Below are positions 6,983-15,356 of a stretch of DNA of 18,483 nucleotides, in pieces. Positions within the stretch are counted from its first letter, which is position 1; every line of letters starts with the position of its first letter. Position numbers and translations under genes: made by a program. This DNA comes from Candidatus Iainarchaeum sp. (GTDB taxonomy: Archaea; Iainarchaeota; Iainarchaeia; Iainarchaeales; Iainarchaeaceae): the NCBI GenBank assembly GCA_043812975.1, contig JBDRLP010000026.1, forward strand, positions 1 through 18,483. Direction: 5' to 3'. The notes under the pieces were generated by a model. That model was not told where the DNA came from, did not search any database, and was given only the letters and a program-made list of their open reading frames with translations.

Positions 6983-7843
6983 TTATTTTGAGGTTTTTTT
7001 AGGCAAGATTTTGCTGTAAACCAAAGGATAGATGATGGTAACCCAGGCACCTGCGATAAAGTAAATTTCCGGGGCTATTAGTAAGTCCTGTGAAAGCCAT
7101 GCAAGAACTGCTAGTCCGGCAAACCCGAATGCCTGTTTAATCCACAATTTTTTTCCAGTGAGCTTTTCGGAATCAAGATTAAGGAGCTTGAATGCAAAAA
7201 TTCCTCCAAAGTAACCAAGAAGAATATTTGCCAATGCCAGTGATCTTAAAGTGTGAGAAATTATTACTGCAAGAACTATTGCAAATAACAATCCAACTTC
7301 TTCCAGAACTACTTTTTTGTTTACTTTTATTTTCTCATAATTCAGGAGAAGATAATGTGAAATTCTTCCAATCAAAAAACCGAATAATCCTCCAACTACA
7401 AGGTCTCCTACAAAATGTGCTCCCAAATAAACCCGCGAAACCATTACTAAAAGCACGGTTAATAATCCAAAAACTCTTGCATTCTGCCTGAATTTTTCCC
7501 AGTAAAAACCAAGGACTCCTGAAGCAGTTGTGGCATGGCCTGAAGGCAGAGAATAAGGAGAATCAATTTCGTGTACAAGAACCCTGAACTCTTCTCCTGA
7601 AGGACGAAGCCTCATTGTCACTGCTTTTAGTATTCCTACTGTTGCAGAAACAAAAAGAATAGTCAGCATTAGGAAGAAAGATTTTTTCTCATCCCCTTTC
7701 CAGTAAAGAAATGCAGCTATTGCTATCCAAACTATCGGGTGCCCTAGCCAGGTGATTGTTAAAAAGAATGAGTCGAGCGATGCATTGGAAAAACTCTGTA
7801 CAAATGCACTAAACCATAATTCTGCTTCAAGAGGTTCGAACAT
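6983..7843 (-). CDS. PAP2-family membrane phosphatase
   Basis: K...RLRP, PSGH and SRVYLGAHF..D motifs. Multiple TM helices. Confidence 0.93.
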   Translation of the reverse strand: MFEPLEAELWFSAFVQSFSNASLDSFFLTITWLGHPIVWIAIAAFLYWKGDEKKSFFLMLTILFVSATVGILKAVTMRLRPSGEEFRVLVHEIDSPYSLPSGHATTASGVLGFYWEKFRQNARVFGLLTVLLVMVSRVYLGAHFVGDLVVGGLFGFLIGRISHYLLLNYEKIKVNKKVVLEEVGLLFAIVLAVIISHTLRSLALANILLGYFGGIFAFKLLNLDSEKLTGKKLWIKQAFGFAGLAVLAWLSQDLLIAPEIYFIAGAWVTIIYPLVYSKILPKKTSK

Positions 7844-7847
7844 TCAA

Positions 7848-8288
7848 TTACACTTTTTTCTTTTTTACTCTTTTCATTCCAGGGATTTCTATTTCAGAAT
7901 AATCAACCATTATGCCTGTCTGCTTTAATGCTTTTTTCATGGCATAAACTTTGCAAAATTGCCCCAATTCTTTTTTTTCTGGTTTTGATAATCCTTCTAA
8001 TCCTTCAGTTATTTCTTTTATTACAGAACCAACTTTTCTGGAGTTAACTTCTTCCAATGCTTTTGCAGTGTCCTTTTTCCCGATTTCAAGAGCAGCAATT
8101 GCTTCATCTATTTTTTCAAGTTTAACAATTTTTCTAAGATTTTCTTCAACCTTAGAATCAACACTTGTTCCAAGACTTCCTAAAAATTCCATTATGCTTC
8201 TTGGGTCTGTGGATTCATCTATTTTTAGTTTTCTGATTGAAACCCAATCCTCGTAATTTGCTACAAACTGAATATACTTATCACTCAT
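7848..8288 (-). CDS. DUF2666-like conserved archaeal protein (start revised to ATG 8288)
   Basis: IQFVANYEDWVSIRKLKIDE...I.EFLGSL resembles the DUF2666 N-terminus. GGAGG SD precedes ATG 8288. Confidence 0.7.
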   Translation of the reverse strand: MSDKYIQFVANYEDWVSIRKLKIDESTDPRSIMEFLGSLGTSVDSKVEENLRKIVKLEKIDEAIAALEIGKKDTAKALEEVNSRKVGSVIKEITEGLEGLSKPEKKELGQFCKVYAMKKALKQTGIMVDYSEIEIPGMKRVKKKKV

Positions 8289-8367
8289 TTTTTGTTCCTC
8301 CAATCAAATAATCATGCATTTTACTAATTAAAAATCTTATTGTTTAAAAAAAAGAATATTAGGGGGT

Positions 8368-9048
8368 TTAGATTAAACCCTCTAAAATCTGAGCTACATT
8401 TTTAACTAATGATTCCTCAATTTCAGTTCCTGGCAATGATCTGATTAGCAGGAATACTGGTTCTAAAGGATCGCTGTCAACGAAAACTATTCTGTGTTCT
8501 CCTGTTCTGCTAGAGTAAAAATAGTACCCCTGTTCTCCAACACTAAGAGTTTCTTTTGTTGAATCAAACAATTGTTCTTCTATCTGCCTTGCCTCATCTT
8601 CCATGCTGTCCAAAGCAGTTTCAAGAGTACTTGTCTCGTGGAACTCAAGCTGAACAATAACTGCACCGCCTTGAGTAATGTTACAGGTAACATAATTTAT
8701 TGTTTTTCCAAACGGAGCTGGTTTTTTTGTAATCGTAGTGTCCTGTCCAAACAAATTTTTGAATGTACTTACTATAATAGGATCATCACAAACATACGGT
8801 GATCTTAATTTTCCTATTGGTTGTGTTGGTTCTGGATCGGGTGTTGGGTCCGGATCTGTTACAGTTGGTTCTGAATCGGGTGTTGGTTCTGGTTGTGGTG
8901 TTGGTTCTGGATTTGTTATAGTTGGTTCTTGATCATCTTGATTATTTGTTTCTCCTGCGGGTGTTCCAACAACTGAATTTTGTTGATTAGTACATCCTGA
9001 AACAAGCACTAAAAGCACTAATATAACTACCGGTATAATTTTGTTCAT
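8368..9048 (-). CDS. Lipoprotein with Pro/Thr/Glu/Asp-rich linker
   Basis: LVSGC lipobox and PEPTPQPEPTPDSEPT repeats. GGAGGT SD spacing favours ATG 9048. Confidence 0.85.
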   Translation of the reverse strand: MNKIIPVVILVLLVLVSGCTNQQNSVVGTPAGETNNQDDQEPTITNPEPTPQPEPTPDSEPTVTDPDPTPDPEPTQPIGKLRSPYVCDDPIIVSTFKNLFGQDTTITKKPAPFGKTINYVTCNITQGGAVIVQLEFHETSTLETALDSMEDEARQIEEQLFDSTKETLSVGEQGYYFYSSRTGEHRIVFVDSDPLEPVFLLIRSLPGTEIEESLVKNVAQILEGLI

Positions 9049-9101
9049 TTTCAAACCTCCCCTTAAATCACTAAGTTTAATTTAAAAATATTGTTTATGA
9101 G

Positions 9102-9115
9102 AGCCTCCGGTGGGA
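9102..9115 (-). repeat. att direct repeat (tRNA-Thr 3' end copy)
   Basis: AGCCTCCGGTGGGA is identical to 15357-15370 (tRNA positions 60-73). Confidence 0.92.
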
Positions 9116-9210
9116 TAAGCATCAATCGTTCGAAGCCCCTTCAAGCGTACGGTTTGTTTTCTTTACCTATAATGAACTAAGTTGTTAATAATTTTATCTT
9201 CTGAAAGCTG

Positions 9211-9384
9211 TTGTCCGAAAATACTGGGAAAGAAATGAAAAAAATCCGATTAGAATTAGGCATTACTCAAAAAGAATTCGCGAAACGATTAGGAATAACA
9301 CAATCAACGTTAAGTGATTATGAAGCAGGAAGAAGACCCAATCTTGGTGTGCAAATAGTGAAGAGGTTTGTTGAAAATATTTAG
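9211..9384 (+). CDS. XRE-family HTH protein (57 aa from TTG; 49 aa from ATG 9235); not in ORF track
   Basis: (M)SENTGKEMKKIRLELGITQKEFAKRLGITQSTLSDYEAGRRPNLGVQIVKRFVENI*, a classic HTH_3 pattern. Confidence 0.82.
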   Translation: MSENTGKEMKKIRLELGITQKEFAKRLGITQSTLSDYEAGRRPNLGVQIVKRFVENI

Positions 9385-9526
9385 GTTGAAGAATTCCAAA
9401 GTATAGGGAAACGAAATTTTGGTTAAATTTTTTGGTTTAGCCTATTCGTGTTTTGGCAAGTGTTGATATTTGAATTATAGCACTGGTTGAATGAAAATAG
9501 GCCTTAGTGATTAAAAAATTAAAGAA

Positions 9527-9548
9527 AGGAAAGGCAAAAACCTTTCCT
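9527..9548 (-). terminator. Hairpin with pyrimidine tail after gene 9564-10259
   Basis: AGGAAAGG-N6-CCTTTCCT, followed on the minus strand by TTCTTT. Confidence 0.5.
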
Positions 9549-9563
9549 AACTCACTTTTTGAA

Positions 9564-10259
9564 TTATTCAGGGAATATTGGCGGGTTAGATGAACTTGTA
9601 TCGTTGCTATTGATACTGCACTCTGAGTTGGTTCTTATTACAACTGTTTCGCCTGTTGGAAGGTCTGTTAGGACATCCCACTCAGAATTAAATGAGTCCC
9701 AAGACCAAGCCCCTGATATGTCACATCCAGGGAATGCTTCCTGGACGTTATTCTTTCCTTCTGTTATCCAAGAAGACAAAGCGACGAAATTATACCCATT
9801 TTTTAATGTAAATGTTAATGGGTATTGAACACTAGGATTTGAATCTTGTTGTGTTATTTCACACCTCTGATCTGAATAGAAGAAAAAAACTCCGTTATAC
9901 TTCCTTATGCTTTGGAAAAGATCTCCAAGTTTTTCTACATCTTCTTCAGTGATAGTGCCTTCTGCAATTCTTTGAGTAATACCATCGTCCAAAAGAACAT
10001 AGTCTTTGGAATCCCGATCAAAGTACCATCGGTCAACAGTCCACCCGGTTAATGTCCCTCCATTAGACAATGAAAAAGTTTCACTTAGGCCATTGCAGGT
10101 TATATTTTTAGGAGTCTTATCATTGACAATATTCCAACCTCTATCGATTTGCTGAGTGAAAGTGTTGTCACTATTATTATATGTTACTTGTGCTGCGAAT
10201 GCAGCCACGGAAAACAACAACACACCCAGAATAATAATTGTTTTTTTTATTTCTACCAT
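9564..10259 (-). CDS. Secreted hypothetical protein
   Basis: Signal peptide (...SVAAFA-AQ), internal duplication of a (L/I)xxG(W/Y)N(I/F)V motif, C-terminal NPPIFPE. GAGGTGA SD. Confidence 0.85.
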   Translation of the reverse strand: MVEIKKTIIILGVLLFSVAAFAAQVTYNNSDNTFTQQIDRGWNIVNDKTPKNITCNGLSETFSLSNGGTLTGWTVDRWYFDRDSKDYVLLDDGITQRIAEGTITEEDVEKLGDLFQSIRKYNGVFFFYSDQRCEITQQDSNPSVQYPLTFTLKNGYNFVALSSWITEGKNNVQEAFPGCDISGAWSWDSFNSEWDVLTDLPTGETVVIRTNSECSINSNDTSSSNPPIFPE

Positions 10260-10275
10260 TTTTAAATCACCTCTT

Positions 10276-10863
10276 TTAACTTGGTAAAGAAGGGGGTCTT
10301 AATCGGTCTCCTCCATCAACAATTTGTTGATCGTCATTTCCTTCTGGTAAGGCAGGAGGCTTAAGTGGAGATTGGTTTCCAACATCCCCCTCAGTTTCAT
10401 TGCCATTATAAATCAATGGACAGTTTTCTTGTTCTGCGGAAGAAATCTCTATTTCTATGCAAAAATTTTCTCCAATTGGATCAAAATCTTGTCTTGAAAC
10501 TATTTGACAACACAAAGTCAAGGGTTCAGTATAGGTTCTTTGAACAATAGGGCTTTTCAGAAAGTTTCTTATATGGGAATCGTTACTGCCTCTTCTTATT
10601 TCAAGGGCACTAAAATTGTTTGAACCAGCAGATTCTTCTATTTCACACCTAATTCTTTCAGATCCAAACGGCAGATAAACAGTCCCACTTACATTTGCAG
10701 TAAAAGTTTCGTCAGTACAAGCCCCAACAGATACCTCTTTAATAGAAAGATTATCCGTTGAAAAACTTTGTTTCAAGTCCTCAGGATAAAATTGTGTGTT
10801 AGTGCAGCCACTAATAAAAACCAAAATAGCAAATATAGCTAGTATAATCATTTTCTGACCCAT
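10276..10863 (-). CDS. Lipoprotein, Cys-containing, with two PPxLP motifs at the C-terminus
   Basis: FISGC lipobox; KPPALPE and RPPSLPS. Confidence 0.85.
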   Translation of the reverse strand: MGQKMIILAIFAILVFISGCTNTQFYPEDLKQSFSTDNLSIKEVSVGACTDETFTANVSGTVYLPFGSERIRCEIEESAGSNNFSALEIRRGSNDSHIRNFLKSPIVQRTYTEPLTLCCQIVSRQDFDPIGENFCIEIEISSAEQENCPLIYNGNETEGDVGNQSPLKPPALPEGNDDQQIVDGGDRLRPPSLPS

Positions 10864-10987
10864 ATGCTCATATATTATGAGCCATCCTATAAAAATATTA
10901 CTATCATATCTATTGACACTATCTTGTCATTTACATAACATTTTAATAGTATAAAATGTATGATACTAAAAAGGAAGATGTAGGTAA

Positions 10988-11389
10988 ATGAAAAACAAAA
11001 TGTTAGTGGTAATTTTTGGCTTGGTAATATTTCTAAGCGGATGTACTCAAAGCACTTCTACTATCTCATCATCAAATGTAGTATGTGCTAATATTGGAGG
11101 CATGGCCATAGAAAGCGCTTTGATTGATTCGTCAAGATTAATGCTACAAATATCGAACAATACTGGGGGGGATATTTCAGAACTGGACGTAAAAGCTAGT
11201 TTTGATGGCGGAACCCAAATACAGTCTAACGAACATAAAGGGGCTTCTTCAGTTGTCAGTGGGAAAACATTTAACATTAGTTTTAATGAACAAATAAGCT
11301 CCGGTTCGCACAATGCGGATATCGCAATAACTTATAATAACGGTGAGTTCACCAGAAGTGCTTCCACGACATGTACAATTAGAAACTAA
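10988..11389 (+). CDS. Small lipoprotein, likely Ig-like beta sandwich
   Basis: FLSGC lipobox; LQISNNTG..I pattern; two further Cys. Confidence 0.85.
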   Translation: MKNKMLVVIFGLVIFLSGCTQSTSTISSSNVVCANIGGMAIESALIDSSRLMLQISNNTGGDISELDVKASFDGGTQIQSNEHKGASSVVSGKTFNISFNEQISSGSHNADIAITYNNGEFTRSASTTCTIRN

Positions 11390-11542
11390 GTTTCTGAACA
11401 TAAATATTAACAACTTAGAGTCACTTTGGACTCAATACCAGTTTGAAGTGGTTATTAAAATAACATTATTTAAACAAGTCCTCAATTTTTTCCTTTACCT
11501 CTGTTCTCGTAAACGTAGTGCCTAATTTACTGTATTTTGTTT

Positions 11543-11680
11543 TCATTTACAACTGAACTTCAACATGGTCTGCTCAAGCTTCCTCATCCTTGTCTGCATT
11601 TCGTCAATTCTTTCATTCAGCGCGATGTAGTTTTTCATCGGACTGTTTGAGTTGTAGTTTTTTCCTGTTAAGTCGTGCAT
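11543..11680 (-). CDS. 45-aa coiled-coil micro-ORF
   Basis: MHDLTGKNYNSNSPMKNYIALNERIDEMQTRMRKLEQTMLKFSCK*. The ATG lies 1 nt after the previous stop. Confidence 0.5.
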   Translation of the reverse strand: MHDLTGKNYNSNSPMKNYIALNERIDEMQTRMRKLEQTMLKFSCK

Positions 11681-11681
11681 T

Positions 11682-11795
11682 TCAGAACGCCTTTCCTTCG
11701 AGCAGTTCTTCGAGTTCTTCAAACAAGAAGACTGTTGCTTTCTTGTGGTTTTTTTCAAAGTCTTTTATGGTTCTGCATTTTTGAGTCTTTTCCAT
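11682..11795 (-). CDS. 37-aa micro-ORF
   Basis: MEKTQKCRTIKDFEKNHKKATVFLFEELEELLEGKAF*. GGGGGA upstream. Confidence 0.45.
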   Translation of the reverse strand: MEKTQKCRTIKDFEKNHKKATVFLFEELEELLEGKAF

Positions 11796-11896
11796 TTCTT
11801 GTATTCCCCCAGCATGTATTTGGCACAGTCAAGTTCTTCATCACTCAAATCCAGTTCTTTTTCGAATCTCACTTGAAGTGTTGTCTGTGTATCCAT
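11765..11896 (-). CDS. 43-aa micro-ORF
   Basis: MDTQTTLQVRFEKELDLSDEELDCAKYMLGEYKKWKRLKNAEP*. Confidence 0.5.
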   Translation of the reverse strand: MDTQTTLQVRFEKELDLSDEELDCAKYMLGEYKKWKRLKNAEP

Positions 11897-12059
11897 AAAC
11901 CAAAAGCTGTTTTCAGAGTTTTTATTGTTTTTGTATAACGTAGTTTAACAAAGCTATACTGTGCTATACAAAGCACTTTCAAAGCTTAATGTCTACTGCT
12001 TCGGAGGGAACAAAACTAGATTATTGTAGTGCCTAATCAAAAAGGGCGAAAGTGCACAT

Positions 12060-12773
12060 CTAATTCTTATTGTAGTGCCTAAAATCACACACTTTAATTG
12101 TTTGTAGAGTTGCTTCTATGTGGTCTTTGTTTGACAGCATGTGTTCTGTGTCCAGGGTTATTAGGGATAGTTTTTGATTAATTTTCTTTGAGATAAAATA
12201 GGCATCCAAAATAACCTCTGTGTCCTTTGAGTAGTTAATTTTGTTTTCAAGTTCTTGGAACTCTTTTGAGTAATATTTTGAATGGTCTGAAGGGCACTTG
12301 TCATACATTGATATTTTTGCATTTGATCTTGGCTGACAAACAAGTATTAGTTCCATTAAACCGTTTTGGATTTCGCTTCTAATTTGGTTTAAATACTTTT
12401 CAAACGTTTCTGCATTTGAAGTAACAGCGGAAAAAATAGTTCCTGAACAAGCTTTTATGTAAGAAACAATTATTCTGTGTTCAAACGATTCTATGAATAA
12501 TTTTTTTGCCTGAAAAATAAGGGAACCTTCAACATCCATAGGATTTATTTTTGATGGATCCTCAAACATTTTCTGGAGAAACTGTGTATATACTCTTCTG
12601 CAATTGTTGATTACACTTCGTGCCTCTGAGAATACTCTTATACTTGTTACTCTTTTGAACTTTTTGTCATCAAAATACTCGTTTGCTTTTGGGTATAATT
12701 CTTCTTTTCTCCATTTAGTTAATCCGGTAAGTATAACGCTTGTGTCAAGAAAATGGTTTTTGTTTTCATTCAT
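12060..12773 (-). CDS. PIN-domain protein, putative toxin (start revised to ATG 12773)
   Basis: HFLDTSV (D1), VFSEAR (E2), KDTEVILDA (D3), LITLD (D4), with a long helical insert. Overlaps the upstream gene by 8 nt. Confidence 0.8.
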   Translation of the reverse strand: MNENKNHFLDTSVILTGLTKWRKEELYPKANEYFDDKKFKRVTSIRVFSEARSVINNCRRVYTQFLQKMFEDPSKINPMDVEGSLIFQAKKLFIESFEHRIIVSYIKACSGTIFSAVTSNAETFEKYLNQIRSEIQNGLMELILVCQPRSNAKISMYDKCPSDHSKYYSKEFQELENKINYSKDTEVILDAYFISKKINQKLSLITLDTEHMLSNKDHIEATLQTIKVCDFRHYNKN

Positions 12774-13707
12774 TCGTGTAACCCAAAACAATTGCCTTCA
12801 TAATAGTATTAGTATCGGTTTGTGGTTCTATTTCTTTCAAAGAAATTTCACTGTATTTCTCAAGTAGTTCTTCGTTCAGCAAGGCAACGGTTTTAGTAAA
12901 TCGTTTAACCGAATCGGAAAAATCCTTTTTCCAAAATGGAACTTTTTTATCATAAAATGAATCGTGGTGCTCAAGCCTTAATCCTTTGGCAAAACACTCC
13001 CAAGCTTCCTCACTAACTCTAAGAGATTCATCTAAAAGAAATAAGTCTTTTCCATTATTCATTGACATGAACGTTGTTATTTCACCAACCATATTTGCAA
13101 ACACTTGGTTAAACTCAGAGAAAGTTTTATCAAATGGCAATAAACTTTCGCAACCATACAAGGAGTCTGTTAACTTTTCTTTGTAATTTTCGAGGAATTT
13201 TTCATTTTCCTCTCCAGTTTCAATGAAATACTTGAATTCCCTAATCCTTTCTAAATAATCATGCTTATAATTTTTCATAAACTTATATGGGGCATTATCA
13301 TAAATTTCCTTGACCTTATTATTCAACTTGAACAAATCTGTTTCAATAATAATCTGATTGAGGACTTTCTTTGCTACAGAAAAATGTCCTTCATTTGGAA
13401 GTGAGATTCGTTTCTCCAATCTATAAAATACAAAACCATTTTCACTAACAGTCTGACTAAAAATATTTTCATTATACAAAGAAACAAGTTCCTGTTTAAC
13501 AGTTTCAGAAAAAGGGCCGTGCTTATACCAATAAAACTGCAAGGCATCCCTGATTTCTTTGTTATCAACTTTTTGCTTTAAATCAAATAACAATTTATGG
13601 AACCATGTTTCAGTCAGGGAAGCTTTTTCTTTTCTAATTTTCAAATCCTGTTCCCCAATGGCTAGCAACAGATTTCTAACAATCCTCTGATCAACAACCA
13701 CAGCCAT
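12766..13707 (-). CDS. Panacea/SocA (DUF4065)-like antitoxin-domain protein with a long C-terminal extension
   Basis: FHKLLF...FYWYKHGPFSETV resembles the KLLY...W.HGP signature. Directly upstream of the PIN gene. The start could be TTG 13719 or ATG 13707. Confidence 0.7.
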   Translation of the reverse strand: MAVVVDQRIVRNLLLAIGEQDLKIRKEKASLTETWFHKLLFDLKQKVDNKEIRDALQFYWYKHGPFSETVKQELVSLYNENIFSQTVSENGFVFYRLEKRISLPNEGHFSVAKKVLNQIIIETDLFKLNNKVKEIYDNAPYKFMKNYKHDYLERIREFKYFIETGEENEKFLENYKEKLTDSLYGCESLLPFDKTFSEFNQVFANMVGEITTFMSMNNGKDLFLLDESLRVSEEAWECFAKGLRLEHHDSFYDKKVPFWKKDFSDSVKRFTKTVALLNEELLEKYSEISLKEIEPQTDTNTIMKAIVLGYTNE

Positions 13708-13971
13708 ACACAAAACCAAACGAAAGATTCAACAATAATACAAAATCCAACTTTATTAAACTTTCTTAAAAATTATGCTGAAATAATCCTTAAAAAGCTA
13801 TTTTAATCAAACTGATTGAATTCCTCTTCATATAGAAAAACGAATAAAACCCATTTCAAACAAATGCTAATTCCCTGCAAAATTACTCTTTAGATTGAGT
13901 TCCGTTTCACCAATGAAGTAAGCTCTAGTACCTTCCATGAAATTTATTTCGTGCCCTCGCCTTCTTTTCAG

Positions 13972-14106
13972 CTATAAAGACAGGAGAAGGACTGCCGTGC
14001 CTACTAAAGTCGTTACGACTACAATTATTAGAACCAATATCAGCATTGGCAAACCATAGTCTGCTCCCATGTAGAAGTATGTCTGGTTTTTTGGTGCGTT
14101 GCTCAT
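13972..14106 (-). CDS. 44-aa single-TM micro-protein coupled to integrase 2
   Basis: MSNAPKNQTYFYMGADYGLPMLILVLIIVVVTTLVGTAVLLLSL*. GGGGTGA SD and ATGA overlap with the integrase stop. Confidence 0.65.
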   Translation of the reverse strand: MSNAPKNQTYFYMGADYGLPMLILVLIIVVVTTLVGTAVLLLSL

Positions 14107-15296
14107 TTTGTCACCCCCGCTTCAATTACGCTGAGTGTTTCCAATAGCCTGTCAGGATTGTCCTTGTATTTTTTGAGCAATTTCATTAAGGCTATTATTC
14201 CGGTGTCTTCTTTCCTTTGTTTTTCTTCTGCTTCGAATGCCGCTTCTTGTGTAAGGGGCAACCAGCACTTAGAACAATAAGAATTGTTCACGTCATTTTG
14301 TTCTTTGCATCTTGGACATTCATTTCTTTTCAGAATGTCTTCTTTCCTGTCTTCTTTTATTATTCCGTGCATCCTCAGGATTGCATTGTCAACCTGTTTG
14401 CCTGACAGGTGCACGTATTGGGCGGCCATGTCTGAGGATGGTGTCCAGCCAAAGTATTCTTTCAATTGTGCTTCGGTCAGGAACTGTGCCATGTATGTTG
14501 CCCGTGAATGCCTGAAGTTGTGAGGGTTTACCGGTTTTTTTATTCCTGCTCTTTTTGCTGTTGTTGAAATCAGTTTCATTATGTAACGGTGCCCCATTTG
14601 CTGTAGCCTGTTGAATTTAACATTAACCCAAACCGGGCATTCAAGGTCATTGTTTGTAGGGTGTTTGTTCAGCCATTCCATCAAGTCCGGTGCGGAGTTT
14701 ATCAGCCTCACTCTCCGCCTTCCTGTTTTTCCATTGACAAGAATTTTGCACCCATGCTTGTCAAAGCTAACGTGCTTTATTTTCAGTGTGCCTATTTCGC
14801 TTATTCTTGCTCCACTTTCCCATAGGACAGAGATTAATGCCTTGTCTCTTGGAGAGGAAGTGTTTTTCAATAATTTTTTGACTTCCTCTTGTGTAAGCAT
14901 TTGTTCTGGAAGTTTCTTGGATTTAGTTCTGGTGCTCTTAAACCATTTGACGCATTCAGGGTATTCGTCTTTTCCATCAAGCCACTTATGAAATACTTTT
15001 AACACTCGCTTGTAGGTGCAGATTGTTTCATGCGAAAGATCGGAACGCTTTAATCCTAATAACAGTTCCTCATAATCTTTTGTTTTAACCTTGTCGAAGT
15101 CTTTTTGTGTTTTCAAAGCAACTATTCTGAGTGTGCTTAAATGTTTTATCATTCTTGCATTGCTTAAATCCCTCATTAAATTGTAGCGGTGAAAATCCAT
15201 TATTATTTTTTTATTTCGTTTTGAAACAGCTGAGTTTTCAAGTTTGCTTATTTCTCTTTCAAGGATTCTTTCGAACCCATACAAATCGTTTTGCAT
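14103..15296 (-). CDS. Tyrosine recombinase/integrase with C-terminal zinc ribbon
   Basis: ESGARISE, GKTG, HNFRHS, FGW, QYVHL; CPRC...CSKC tail. GAGGAGG upstream. Adjacent to tRNA-Thr. Confidence 0.95.
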   Translation of the reverse strand: MQNDLYGFERILEREISKLENSAVSKRNKKIIMDFHRYNLMRDLSNARMIKHLSTLRIVALKTQKDFDKVKTKDYEELLLGLKRSDLSHETICTYKRVLKVFHKWLDGKDEYPECVKWFKSTRTKSKKLPEQMLTQEEVKKLLKNTSSPRDKALISVLWESGARISEIGTLKIKHVSFDKHGCKILVNGKTGRRRVRLINSAPDLMEWLNKHPTNNDLECPVWVNVKFNRLQQMGHRYIMKLISTTAKRAGIKKPVNPHNFRHSRATYMAQFLTEAQLKEYFGWTPSSDMAAQYVHLSGKQVDNAILRMHGIIKEDRKEDILKRNECPRCKEQNDVNNSYCSKCWLPLTQEAAFEAEEKQRKEDTGIIALMKLLKKYKDNPDRLLETLSVIEAGVTK

Positions 15297-15356
15297 AACC
15301 TTTCCCTCCTCAACCGAAACCGCTTTAAAGGAGGGGGCTTAGAACCAGGGATACAA

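Larger units (their letters stand above)
11515..12082. repeat. Three copies of GTAGTGCCTAA
   Basis: GTAGTGCCTAAT at 11515-11526 and 12026-12037. TTATTGTAGTGCCTAA at 12021-12036 and 12067-12082. Confidence 0.75.

Noticed and set aside
8820..8930. Tandem GGTTCTGG/GGTGTTGG repeats
   Set aside because: Explained by the Pro/Glu/Thr linker of the lipoprotein.
9255..9266. Inverted near-copy of the GTAGTGCCTAAT motif (ATTAGGCATTAC)
   Set aside because: One mismatch, and it lies in conserved HTH codons (L-G-I-T); likely chance.
10938..10959. dif/Xer site
   Set aside because: It has a 6-bp spacer but only 8-bp AT-rich arms in a promoter region; an operator is more parsimonious.
12021..12082. Mini-CRISPR (16-bp repeat, 30-bp spacer)
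   Set aside because: Only two short non-palindromic units, one inside a coding 3' end, and no cas genes or leader.
11515..12082. Integron attC sites (GCCTAA resembles RYYYAAC)
   Set aside because: The copies read GCCTAAT/GCCTAAA, no paired GTTRRRY box was found, and the integrases lack an evident IntI-specific insertion.
13869..13938. 23-codon minus-strand ORF downstream of the TM micro-ORF
   Set aside because: Too short, with no SD at a suitable spacing and no motif.
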